64,000 nt of DNA, taken from positions 142,910,001-142,974,000 of the forward strand of contig JBITNC010000001.1 of the NCBI GenBank assembly GCA_050084985.1, in the 5' to 3' direction. The position numbers were made by a program, and so were the translations under genes. The notes under the pieces were generated by a model. That model was not told the origin of the DNA, ran no database searches, and saw nothing but the letters and a program-made list of their open reading frames with translations. Positions 36,479 to 49,945 of the stretch are shown here, piece by piece (within the stretch, counting starts at the first letter, position 1; every line of letters starts with the position of its first letter). Source of the stretch: Nageia nagi (taxonomy: Eukaryota > Plantae > Pinophyta).

Positions 36479-38698
36479 ACATGGTAGTGCATTGTAATAA
36501 CAATTTATCTTGATTTATGTATTATTTCCATTTAATCATTTAATGAATCTAAATATGATTTATTAAATAAATAATAAATCATTTTTAGGCTCTACATTTT
36601 GCCCCTCTTTAGATATGTAATGAAAAACATTGAAATTGCATAATTTAAAGAAGTGTAGAGAAGAGAAAAATATTTTCAATAATAAAGTGGACTTCCCTAT
36701 TTTTAATCGATGTGTTGAGCATGGTATGTTGTTTGTTCCCTTTTGGTCTTGGTTTTCCTTTTCTCATGTCTTTTGTTTATTAAGCAAGACAAAAATAGGA
36801 GTCCCTCTTTGAGGTGAACAATTTATGCCAATCCTACTCACCTAGACAATACCTATAGAACAAAGCAACATATACCTGCATAGATCACATCTATGAAAGA
36901 ATAAGCAATGCAAAGAGCAAGGATGAAATTAATATATTTTGCAGTGTGTTACTATGGTTGATGCAATTGATATTAGTATAATCCATAATATATAGACTAC
37001 TATGATAGATAACTTATAGTCTATGAAGAGTAAGCACATGAGGTCCTCTTTAATGCACCAAACTTGTAATATCCATGATGTATAGACTATTATGACAGAC
37101 AACTCATAGTCTATAAAGATCAAGATGATGAGAAATTTTAATGACTCAAGCTTGGGATATCCTGTAAAAATGAGAGATTTGCTCATGGAATGATAATGAA
37201 TTTTTAACAATTATCAGTAGAATAATGAATAATAGAATTCAATTTTTTTCAATATACTAGATATTCAATTAATCATTGGCCTTGCTTTATAGTATTTCAA
37301 TTTGCATGAATGTTCTAAGTAAATTTGTGTTGTTGACAACATGGTATGCCTAGAATTTGCCAATCATGTGTTCAACAATTGTGATCAACATCCATAAAAC
37401 ATTGCATATGCATGAAAGAATCATAGAAATAAGTAGATATTCAATAGAATTTCAATATACCCCAATTATAAAATGATTTATAGCAATTTCATGCTGCTAA
37501 TGGTGTGAGGTTTTCCATATCAAGTGTAGGAATTTGAAAGATATTCAATTGATGATCATCCATATCATTTTTCTTTGTTTTGTAAATGAAATAACATTGC
37601 CATTTACCATAAAATTTTCAAGATAAAGCATGAACTTGCAATATTTGATCATATTGTCAATTTGCTTATGCAATGTTAATAAAATCAAAAGATTCATCAT
37701 TTTAAGCCATTAATAATATGTAAGCACAATCAATATTTGAAAGAACTTTTATTTTAATTTTTTCCACACCATTGGCGACACTTTAATGGATGATTTAATC
37801 TTTAAGACAAATAGTGCATCCAATTAGCCATAAATCATGAAATGTCAAGCATGTATTAATTAGAAATCATGCATATTTTCAAAGATGAAAAGTTGGTATA
37901 CCATTTTAATCAAACTAAATTTTAGTAATAAAATTTATCATTTACAATAATCTAATACATAATATGTATAACTAAGATAATTCATGATGGTGAAAATTAA
38001 AGAAGCACATTTGGAATTTCTATTAATTATACTCAATACACGTATCTAGTGCCATCCATTTAATATAAATAAATTTAAATAATGAAAATAAATAATGAAT
38101 AATCAAATACTCATTATGAAGTAGGAAAAGGTACGATTTTACCATTTGAAAGTGAGAGGCACCAAACATATGAACAATTTGGAGAAAAGGATGCCACTGG
38201 CGGCATGAAAGTTATAAAATTATTTTTTGAAAAAGAAACTACAACCTATAAAATATTTGTAAGCAACATGCATATACAAAATAATATTTTGACATGCCAT
38301 AGAATCCAAACAATGAAGCCCTAGGGTTTTAATTGAAAGAGAGGGGATATATAAATAATTGGTTGAATTTTTATTCTCATTTTAACTTGTCTCTTATAAC
38401 TTTTAATGATCTGACATCTTGTCCCCCTATGCTTTGATAACCCTATCGATTTGGAAAATCAGTTCTCTACGTGCAACTTTGTTTATCTTGTGTGACCATA
38501 TGACATGCCACCAATCTTTGAGGAGCGATTCCAACCATGGGATTCCTATTTTGGATGATTTTGAATTACCTTTGTCAATTTATCTTTCTATTCTCTTGAC
38601 TCCTCATGGTAGATATTGATTGAAGGGGAATTGGATTCCCCATCATTGGACAGAGGGGCCACATAGTAGATTACATCTACACCCTTCCCTTTGATCAC

Positions 38699-40640
38699 AT
38701 GGTAAGCTCCATCATTGCACCATTTCACTTCTTAGTTTGCAAACTTCTATTTTCCTATATGTTATTCCATTTAATTTCAATTAAAATGTTATTTTATTTA
38801 TCAATCCTTGAATTTAGTTTTAATATATTCATTTTTCCCCTTGTGGGAATGCAAGATTCTCATTTAGGTTGGACCCATATCTACGACTGCTTTGGAGAAG
38901 TCAAGGACCTGTCCAAGAATAAATCACTTAGATGATATCCTTTCTTAGTGTAGGCTAGTAGACCTAGCCATTTTTGGGCATATCCAATAGGATTTACCAC
39001 TTTTGATAGTGCTAGAAAAGCATTGGGACCCAAATTGTAACACATTTCACTTGACCCTAGGTGAAATGATTGTTACACTCTTGTACATCTATCGCATATG
39101 GGGGATACCAATTAGAGGGAGGTTGGTCCATTAGATGGAGGTGTATGATAATAATGCCAAGGAGCAGTTAGCATTGTGGCTAATTGGAGAGGTTGACCAT
39201 GATTGGGAGCATTGGGCAATGAGACTAGTGGAGGTATATTGGTTCGCACAACTGAGCAAGCATTTACCATTGTACATTGCTACAATTATCTTGATATACT
39301 TATGTTTAGATAAGAGCAACTCATATTTCCCATTTAGATTGGTTTGGGTTATTTAGGAGATGTATGTGAGGGGCACATAATTTGTATGGGAACCATTAGT
39401 TTTGGCACAACTATATTGGGATCTATATAATTTTGTTAGCATTGATAAGTTCAACATAGGAATTGTACATGTGGGTCTTCTCCAAGTCTAGGCCTATGAG
39501 AGGATAGAAGTCATCATGTCGATTGGCTCATAAAGGGGCCAAGAGGACCCAGGCAATATCTCCATGATATGTTGGGTTTTAAGGGACCATGGGTATAGGC
39601 ACCCACACACATTGGAGGCCCAAAAGAGAGAGCTAGATAGATTGCAAGTAGGAGACATAGTGTGGGTCTCCTACATGAAATTTATTTGGGAGGATGATGC
39701 CCATCAGCTAGCATGGGTTCTTCATGAGTGCTTCCTCCAAATCAGGGGGAAGATGGTGGAGCCATATCACCCCCATCATGTATTGAGGTAGTTTGGGATC
39801 CAATAGGGGATCCTACCAATTCTAGTGTTTTACCATTAATATATGGTGGAGAGAGATGCACCTATAGGAGCATAGGTCATTCTTGCTTGGAGGCTCACTT
39901 GGGAGGATTTGAGAGTACATAATGTGGTGATTGATGTATCCATGGCACTATGAGTAGTTCAAGGGTATTCTACATGGTGGTAAAAAGTTCATCTAACCTC
40001 TTTATGTATTGATGATGATGATGAGGTAGCAATAATTAAGGTATCCTCTAAGGATGACCCATACTAGGTTAATAATTTGATGCATTATGTTCCCATGGAG
40101 GAGGAGGGAGGAGAGATGGCACCAAGATTGGAGATGCTAGCCAAGGCTATGCCATTAGTGGAAACAGGTAAAATACTAATCATATATTTAATTTCATATA
40201 TGATTAGTGTACTAACAATGCTTTAATTATTTATAGAAGAGACCAAGACATAAATTATGGTCCTAGAGGTAGAGAATGAGAGGATCAAGCATCTTGAGAC
40301 ACAATTGGTAGCCTTAAAGGCTATACTTATAGCCCAAGATGCATAAATTACCACTTTGGATCAATATGTGAAGAGATTGCAAGAGAAGGTGGATATGCCT
40401 CTACCCAACAAGCAATGGGCCTTCATGTAGAGCTAGATCGATAAGATTGAATGCAAGTAAGGTAATATAGCCACTCTTAGGGTTAAGTATGAGAGGGCCA
40501 AGGCTCTCTTGGTAGCTGAGGGCATTAGCACTAATGGGGTATCATGGGGAGTCTCTATATTATAGGCTAGTGAGAGCAACCATAGGGTTAGGCAGAGGAA
40601 GGGGGATATTGCTAGTAGTGGTAGTAGTGCCTACAAGTAG
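38699..40640 (+). pseudogene. PMD pseudogene no. 2 (antisense to host element) with acidic and coiled-coil-like C-terminus and introns
   Basis: LLIVLEKHWDPNCNTFHLTLGEMIVTLLYIYRIWGIPIRG (~39000-39120), FVWEPLVLAQLYWDL, LLQV*AYE, VEPYHPHHVLR*FG; intron 40168-40236 with ACTAAC branch site. Confidence 0.85.
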
Positions 40641-43269
40641 CTAGGTTATGGAATTGATTTACCCCTTATTATATATTACACTTTTTGAGTTATATACATA
40701 TATAGTTCTTTTTGGCTCCATATTATGTTATGGGTGAATGTGAATGGTTTAATTTATATTTACACCATATGTTTGAATAAAACATGTAAATTTATAAAGT
40801 ACAATTTTTAGTAAGAAGCATTCAACCATCTACTAAAGACCCATGCATGCAATTTTAACTTTTAATAAATCCACAAAATGAACTATAACATATATCAATC
40901 CAACATCACATGTTAACTACAAATAAGCCCTTGAAACTCATAATTGATAATGAAAGAGATAGGTAAACCTTCAAGCTAGGTTCCAAGGTACAAAATGAAT
41001 CTATTGCAAACAAGTTTAAGTTTTTTCTATTTTACAAAGTTAGATTCACATTTTAATCACTTCAATGAGTTAGAAATTCATTTAGTATAAATTAAATACT
41101 ATTATTTTTAATTCTATTCTAGGAAATGTACTCTATTAATGCACTAAAAATAGGGAAAACACTGATAACGATGTGGAATTCAAGCATATCAATTGCAAAA
41201 TGAAGAAATAGTGAAAGGATAATTTCTTATTGTATGAAAAAGATAATAACCTCATGCATATAATAATTAATAATTCACAATAAATGGCCAAAGAAACAAC
41301 CTAGCTTATGTACACTACAATTATAATTTTTACATTTTATGCAATAATTTTGTATACCTAGGATGTTTTGGAAATCCAAACAAATTTTGCAAAGGTAGGG
41401 ACAAAGAGAGGTGTTTATTAGTATAATGTAACATCAAGGATTTGGTCTAGTTGTGTTCTCCATTTCCTTGAATAGTAGGGTCCTTGAAAGAGTAGAAAAT
41501 GGTGGGATAGTGCACTCATGAAGGGTTTTCTACTCAATCTTTGGGTTATAGGCTAGTTCCTACCTATGTATGAGGTAAAAAGTAACTAAAAAGAGATAAA
41601 AAGGCAAGATTAATAGGAAAGAAAAGGAAAAACAAACTACAAAAAGAAAACTAAAACTAATTAGCCCAAGCATTACTATGTAGGCAATAATCCATAGTCA
41701 AAATTAAGAATAAAAGAACTATATTACCCTTGGGACCTCACAATTGTAATATATAGCCATAATTTATAACCAAACTTCATACATAATAATCACAAAGTAA
41801 GATAACAACCACAAACTATAGAAGGAAAAATATCAAAGTACTATATTATCATGTATGAAAGTAGAGCTTACACTAGGCAACTTTGCTGAAATATCCAACC
41901 TTTTAGACTCCTAATAGTCCACTATTTATAAGAATGTATATTTATAATGGGTGGTTGTCCACAAATGTATAACTTCAATCTATAACTATGCTAGATTGCA
42001 CACTAATTTATTACAATCAATGCCAATGTCTAGGAATCCGCAAACTCTAAATTTTTATATGTTCTTAGCCATAATCTCTTATATCTATCTTTGATTGTAA
42101 CTTATCACAAATGTAGCTAATTATCAAGGTATCATATTTTGAATTGATTAGTACAATTTTTCCCTATGCTCTATTGATAACCATCTAAATTTCTACAACC
42201 ATTTATGAAGATCATTATAGCTCTAGGTTGCAAAAATTGTGAGGGCAAGAAAGATATAACATTAAAACATAAGGAAGGACTACTAATGCCATATGGAAAT
42301 GAGTTTAAGTTGACAAATGGACAAAGCCTTGGGAGTCAAACACTCTTTATTAAGTGGACTCAAGTGTTTCCCTTATCTCATCGTTCTCTTTTTAGCAAAG
42401 TAGGTCATGCTTGCTCTAGTAGGATTTATTAACTAAATGGGAATCACTGTATCACCTATCAATTTTCAACAAAAGATGTGATATCATCAATCAAAATTAA
42501 TGGGTTATTCAAAATGATACTACTAAAACATCTCCCACTCCTTGGTCCTTATGTAACACTCATTGATGAACTAACTTAATGCCTATTGCTTCTTGGTGTA
42601 TAGTACAATTTTCTTTTGGAAATAAATGGGCTCTAGAACATTACCTGTTGATTGATTCCACTTAAAAATAACTCATATTTATAATATTTCTTGAAAAGAG
42701 TTACTGGGTCTATAGAACTTGAATCTTATAGATTTGAACTCCTAGAAGATCTAAACTTGGACTTAGACACTTACTTCCCTTACAAGTTACATTACCTACT
42801 AGACAGGACTTAGACAAAATAAAACTTCCTTTCGACCTCATACCTATGTATAGTTACTCATGAAGACTCAACTATGTTGTATGAAAACAATGCATAACTT
42901 ATTTACATAACAACACCTAGTAATAAGTATCAAAAAGACTTAGCTAGATTTGAAATATTTACACTCATTATCATATACTATGTATAATTCCTAGATCTAA
43001 TCCAAATGACTTGACAAACAATACCCACCCTAAAAAATATGGTAGTTTTAAATAACATTTATAAGATTAAGATATGATAATATAAACATGACCCAAACTT
43101 TCCTAGACTTAACAAAACTTGACAAGAATAACTAAGTATAAAGACTATACACTCATTGTAGTACTTACAAAAGAATGAAAGGGGAGCAAGAAATAGGAAT
43201 TAAAAGCATGAATCTTATTGAGAAAGAAAGAATGAATGAAAGAATAGAGGAATAACATAATGTTACCCT

Positions 43270-46200
43270 CCTTACAAAGTATAATTTTGAAAGAATAATA
43301 GTCTTCTGGCAGCTCATGGAGGCTTCATCCTACTAAAGAATAGGACCCTTATTTGTTACTTCCACTTGCTTGCTTATATGGATTCTTTAACAGGACTTCT
43401 GGTAGTGGAACTAATTCTGAAGGAAGTAGAGACTACAACTTCTTGTACAAATCCTTTAAATTTTGATTGTCTACTTGTAACAAAATAAGGCATGCTTTTA
43501 TCTTATCTAAATTTGATCTAAAGCTCATCAAAACATTATATAGTCTTCCAGTATACAAGAATATTGATACTACTTCCTAGACTAAGTCATTTATTGCTTT
43601 CAGGTATGAAATTTATTTCTCAAAAAGTGAATAGTCCAAAAATTATTTTTTATTTACCACCCATCAATCAACACTACCTTATACATATAGTTCCTCCCAT
43701 AATTTTAGAGCCTTTAATTGGACTAAAGAATGAAATAATATATCTACAAAGTTGATCTCTACCTTTAATTAATGTTTCTCCAAGTCCACAATAAACACTA
43801 AATCTTGCAAATCATAGATATCCTTAGTCCTTCTAATAATGGTTTGTATGGTTCTTGGAGTAATTATGGCTAAATATTTCTTGATTAAGGCCCTTAACCA
43901 ACTTTGCATACCTTCAATCATTGATTTGGGTATTATCAAGGCTAGTTTATGAAGTGCGATTTGAGCAATGTATTGCTAGACAACTTATTCTATTTGATTC
44001 TTCAATAGATATAACTAGGAGATGCTAACTAGTTTCTCTGCTATTTTCTCAACTAGGGTTTTTCTAAAATTCTTAACAATCTTGAGTAGCTTTACCTTGT
44101 CATAATTTAGCACTTTATTTGCTACTACTATCTTGTTCAACTCCTCTTCAATCTCTTGAGCCTTTTGTTTTTCAATCACTGTGGCTTGAGACTAATTTAT
44201 TTCTTCATATCTTCTAGCTCAACCTTAGCCTCTTTAAGGTTAGTTTCATGCTCAAAAGTTTTCTTGGTCAATTGTTCAATTATCTCTTTATTTTGATTCT
44301 GCAACCCAGCTAACATTTTATCTTTCTAGGAGCAATCCTTCTTATATTAATCAATATTTTTATTCAATTTCTTTATTTTATTCTCCATGGATTAAAGACT
44401 CTTTTTGATCACCAAGGAAGTATTAACGAAAAACCTAGATTGGTCTATAGTTAGATCACTTTGCATATTCATATTTAGCATAATTATGGGGGTTGTATCT
44501 AGTTTCCCTTCTTTGACAGGCATTTGAGCCATTTTGATATCCCCCATTTCTATTACTTTACTCAAAATTATCACTTGTTTCTTTAGGATCAAAGTGGGTT
44601 TATTAATGAACATTGTCTAATCTATGGGCTTTACTACTTGAGTAGAAAAAATACTTTTTATTTCCTCTTCTATGGATGTAGAAAAAGGAATCAAAGAATG
44701 GGAAGATGCACCTACTCTTGATGTAAACATTGGATTATCCTAAGCAGGCTTTTGTGTAGCTTTCTCTATAAAGGCTATAATTTGTACATCCTCTTCTTCT
44801 TCATGTACAATAGGCTTTTTGTTAGGTGGCTTATCCTTTGGACTAGAGTCTTTCTTTTTATTTATATCCTCATCATCATCATCATCTCCATTTTTGCCTA
44901 CATCACCTCTTGTTGCTATGGTACCACCCATGCCTAGTAAATTTCCTCCCCCTTGTTGCACTTCATCCCTTTTTTTCTCTTGACCATATTGATAAATAAT
45001 GATGTTAGTGCTTTGGGGCCTTTGGGTTTCTTTAGAAACACCAATTCAATTTCCCCTATACTTAGTTCAGGCTATTCATGGCTTATTTCTTGGGGAGATG
45101 GGGTCTGGATGCTTTTTACCATAGATGGTTTAGTGGTACATGCCTTCTTTTCTAGCATTTATTTCTTCTCTAGGGTTTTTTGCACTTGTGATAGGATTAT
45201 AATTCTTCTTCTTCTCTCTAGAGAAACCTATAGGAAAGTAGCAACTATTTCTATTTTCTTTTTTACAAAGATACCATGAAATGGAAGCTTCTTCTACTCT
45301 TCTGTTCCTTAGATTTTATAGCTTTAGTACCCACTACACTAATGGCTTGTCCTCGCCTCTTGATGTTCCTTAGAAATTGGCTGGGAGAGGTTGTTCCATT
45401 TCCAAGAGTGGGTCCTACATGTACTGGGCATTCTAGTACTAATCATATTAGAACTCACCAAAGTGTTGTTTCTCAACGTGGTTGACTTTGGTGGTATATT
45501 CAAATCTAAACTTAATAAAATATTCAATTATATTGCAACCCTAGCCCAACTCATCCTACAACTAAGTAATGAACTTGAGTTCAAGGAAAAATCTAGTTAA
45601 TATATCTCCTAGATCTTGTACTTTTTTATGCCCTCAAGGGCCATCCATGCCCTATCCAAAATCCTAAATTCCCACTCAGGGGATACCTTGGTCTCTTGTT
45701 CTATTTGATTTGCAAAATATTGTACATGTGGTCGGGCTTCATGGGAAAATGTTGAGCACTTTTTATTTGATTTAATTATTTTTATTATATCACCTACTGG
45801 GTCATACATCTAAGGGGCATCTACACTATCCAATTTAAAATTTTGTACAATAAAGCCCGCTAACTCATCTTTACAACCTATTTCTATCAAAGTAAAATTT
45901 GCAGTAATGATAGGCATTTTGATAATGGGTTTAAAATTACCCCTTAATCCATACTTAGTTTCTAATGCCCACATTTTTGTACCTATTTCTAAATAATACA
46001 ACTAGGGGGTAGCATATTTTGGTAACAAAAAAGGGTTTTCAAAATACCCATATCTTATTATACCTATATGGTTTTTCAAAAGATACCAATCTCCAATGTT
46101 GTTTTCTCCTTGCAACTCTTGCATGGTTGATTGATGTAGTCTGTGAGTGACTTTTCTTGTGAGAATATGCAACGTTGGGGTAAATAATTTCTCCATAAAC

Positions 46201-47180
46201 TCATAAATATGAGTTATTAACTTTAGTAAGCATCGACACTCTTAGATTAATTAGTGTGGGTGTTGTGAAAAGAGTTACTGTATCAATTTGAAGCCCTCCT
46301 CCTACTAGATCTTCTAAAATTTGGTGGACTATGAGCCACCATAATATGATGAGTGCCAAAAATCAAATTTTTCAATATTGAGTAGATTTTTCCTTACCTC
46401 ATTTGAGATGAAGGTAGAAAAATCATAGCAAATATGCACCTTAATAATATTGTATGCCATTATCATCATGGCTTCATCTACCTCTATCTGGGTCTTCTTT
46501 CCAAGAATAATACCCAACACCTATAGGACCTATCTGTCTCATGATTTCTCAAAGGAGGAAATGTAATAGCTCTAAAGGATCTTGGTGCATATACCTTCAT
46601 ACCTTTTAGCAATCCAATCTAGTATCTCATTCTCATTCTGATAAAAATTAGCCTTTTCTCTCTTAAGATCAATTTGCTTCTTGACATGGAAGCTCCAGTC
46701 AACAGGGAATTCAAATGCATGTGTAATTACCTTTGAGGAGTATTACAAAAATATATTGGGATGGTACTTAGACTCTACTTCTTCCTTTTTCTACTCCTTA
46801 TAATTTTTAACTTCATAGCCTTGGGGATTGTGCCTAAATGCAATGGAGAAAAGGAGCTTTAGATAGGTGAAAGACTTTTAGGGCACATAATATGCCAAGC
46901 CCTAGTAATGCATAACATTTCTTCTCAATTTATATAATTAATTAACTTTGCCTATGACTTATGGTATTTGGTGTTGCAATATAATTCTTTTAGGATCTAC
47001 TCGCTAGGTATCCAAATGATGCATAACCCCTACCTCTATCTAGTTGATACTGGGAGCATTCTCCAAGTACTCCTCATGAATTGCTATCAGGTTAGCATAT
47101 ACTTCCTCTTGTTTAGTATCTATAGTCTCCTTAGTGCTTTCCATAGTGTTCAATAACTTTTATGTAGCTTGGGCAAGCAT
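43270..47180 (-). pseudogene. Long decayed accessory ORF of unknown function, sense to the element and downstream of INT
   Basis: Chain of minus-strand track fragments (FWHSSY, GDWYLLKNH.GIIRYG...PFLLPKYATP, MYDPVG, Lys/Asp-rich linker, coiled-coil-like end). Confidence 0.55.
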
Positions 47181-47719
47181 CTAGTACATACAACCTTTGA
47201 AAGATGAAGCTCTAAAACTCTTCCACACTAGCACCAAAAGCTTTATAGACAATAAACTTTGCAACTCTGGAAAGCTTAGGCTCTAAAATTTTCTAAGTGA
47301 GTAAATAAGAGATTAGGGAGTATGTTTTATTTTCCTAAGGTTTATGACTGTTATCTATTAATGGTAATTAATAAACAAGGAATGTTAGGGTTCACATAGA
47401 GTGTGGTGTCATGGATGACATGTGGGATCATATTTAATTCAAGAAAGCTAGATTTAAATTGGAAGGTAAGGCATGATTGATGGTTTTTACAATAAAATCT
47501 ACTCTTAAATGTCATACTTTTGATAAGATGGTTTACATCCATCGGGTTTTACCTCCACCATGCCTAGTTAATGCAAGCATTAATGGCTACCTACATTCTT
47601 GGGAAATGCACCATTGGTGAATGACTATATACAAGTTTTTTTTATAAAAAAAAATAAAATGAAAAATTGGAGTATTTATAATATACAATCTTAGTAGGTG
47701 TTATGAAATCACTCGATCA

Positions 47720-47978
47720 CCTGGTAATGTTTCAAATAGATCTTGTTCATTGGGATAGATAGTTCCCAAGATCTAGTAATATCTTGAAGTTTGAATTCAT
47801 TATTTTGTAGAGCTTGAATGATGATATAGGGCTCGCTCCATAAGGAATCAAATGTGTGATGTTTATTAGGCTTTTCTCTTTCTTCCTCCCATTTGAGGAT
47901 GATGTCTTCGACTTCAAACTTTACCCAAGAAGACTTTTTTTGTCAAACCACTTCTTAACAAAATGTTGTCGATTCTAG
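47720..47978 (-). pseudogene. Gypsy integrase C-terminal (GPY/F) fragment
   Basis: VKKWFDKK...KFEVEDIILKWEEER.KPNKHHTFDSLWSEPYII...PMNKIYLKHY; truncated at the 47979 insertion. Confidence 0.8.
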
Positions 47979-49654
47979 TGTAGACACCCAAAAATGACCT
48001 TTCTTTTGATAGAAGAAAGAAGAGAAAAAAAATTAAAGTAAATTAAAAAGTTTACTATAGTCTTCCAAATGCTAGGATCTAACACTTGGATGCTGGTGAC
48101 TCATACCAATCATTGGTGTTTGCTATGTGGATGCTAGTGATTATAAAGTTGGCAAAATAAAAATAAAAATAGCAACATCTGAAGCATATTGGTAAAAAAG
48201 CTAAGGATGATGAATGATTCATCATCCATCCTATGCATCCCTACTTTAGATGACAACCATGAAAAAGCTAGATATGCTTTTCTATCCAAATTTTTGTCTC
48301 CAAAAGCAAAAAAATTTCCTATTTCCAAGGACTATAAATAAAGCCTTTAGCTATGAAGGAAAGAAAAAAAAATTGAATGCAATATTACTGTATCAAATGT
48401 ATATATATTTTTACTAAGTTAGATACATTTCTATTTCATTTTTCATATGCTTGTTTATGTTCATTTTATATTGCTTTTATGGTATGGTAGGTATGTTTGA
48501 TGAGTTTGTTGCTTGCATGTATGTGGGGATAACATGTGTGGAGCAGCTAAACTTGAAGAGTTGAAGAAGACAAAGAAATCTAGATTTCCTACAATTTTTT
48601 TGAAGACAATATTTCAATCTTGTAAATGTTGAAAGTAGGCCTAAGAAGGCCTTTATCACTCTTGTGTAAAAAGTCCTTTGTACAAGGCAACAAATCGAAA
48701 TGGATTCATTATTTGTAATCATTTTGAGGTCTACACTAAAGAACAATAGAGAAATTTGTTGGTTGTAACGTATCTTGTCTTGTACACATGCAAGGTTACC
48801 TTTTAGGTATGACATTCTTGCACTAGGAGGGCCCCTTATATGCAAACTGCATCAAAAATGAGATGTAGGGGGTGTTTTTTATGTTTTAATGTTCATTTTG
48901 GTATCTTGTGTCTTGTGGTATTATTATTGATTTTGCATTATTTTCTATGTGTTTTGTTTGTTTTCTATGCTATAGAAATATCAGAGACCAAAAATTGGAT
49001 ACCCGTAACCTAAGGAAAATGTCAATGACTTTCACTAAACATAGATAATTTAGAATTATTCATTTTGTGTAGAAACCATGAAATGTCAGCAACTTACATG
49101 AAGCACTAGTGAAAAATACTAAATGCTAGATATATGGTAGAAATACCAATGATCAGAAATAGAGGGTATACATTTCAACTTTCTTTAATTATAAAAGCAT
49201 AACTTAGGCACTAAAATGGAAGACAAAAATAAACCCCTTTTATGTGATTTCTATGCTCAAATTGCATATAGGAAGGGTAGATGAATGTTTAGGTAATATG
49301 CATTATTTTACTTTATTTTAGTAAATTATATGAATATCATTTCTCTTTTCTTCTTTGGGTAGGGATCGTATCAACATATTCACCTAAAACTTTCCATTAC
49401 ACCCACTTATGCTCTCCCTTTATGCTCAAAGGAGATAATTGGTGACCAAAATGGGTGTAATAGGAAAAGAGTAAATGAACCCTTTGTCTTTTCTCACTTT
49501 ATCTCACTAAGATTGGTAATAAACTCTCATTAAATTAGTTCCACACTTGGAAGGGATAATTAATTTTCATTAAGCATGTAATGAATATAAGGTTATTTTA
49601 TTGGGTTTAAGGTAGATAAGAACACATTAAATCAGTTCATTTATTTGGTGGGTA

Positions 49655-49945
49655 TTTACCTTCACATGAATACTCTTTCTTGTCTGCCTTACCACTCTAA
49701 AAGGAGATCAAAGGATTGTGACTTGAAGAGGAGTTAAAAAGTTCCATTTAAAAGAAATTTACTTCACAATAATACTCATTCCTATATTCCTTACTACTCC
49801 AAAATGAGGTTGAAGGATTGTGACTCAAAGAGGAGTTAAAGGATTTTATTTAAGGTAATCTACACTCACTTAATAACTTCTTACATGTTTGCCTTTACCA
49901 CTTTGAAAGGAGGTAAAAGGTATATGTGACTAGTAAAAAGAGGTA
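49655..49945 (+). repeat. ~102-bp tandem repeat (about 3 units) in the 5' leader
   Basis: AAGGATTGTGACT..AAGAGGAGTTAAA at ~49711 and ~49813, variant at ~49917. Confidence 0.75.

Larger units (their letters stand above)
35227..41411 (-). mobile_element. 3' part of a second, diverged member of the PMD-carrying family (3' LTR 35227-36596, PPT, antisense PMD), truncated by a later insertion
   Basis: TGTAGACCTCAAAATATG...TTTTTAGGCTCTACA then TTTTGCCCCTCTTT; 35660-35830 and 36484-36760 align with 2921-3365; 41350-41395 resembles 6910-6950. Confidence 0.8.
41412..47978 (-). mobile_element. 3' part of a Ty3/gypsy element: integrase C-terminus, long accessory ORF, PPT and 3' LTR (about 41412-42530)
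   Basis: Imperfect inverted ends TGTTTATTAGTAT / ATACTACTAAAACA; PPT GGAGTGGGAGA on minus at 42531-42541; integrase tail at 47720-47978. Confidence 0.65.

Noticed and set aside
41427-41435. TGTAACATC as the left end of the 41.4-kb LTR
   Set aside because: TGTTTATTAGTAT at 41412 matches the inverted right end better; the boundary remains uncertain by about 15 bp
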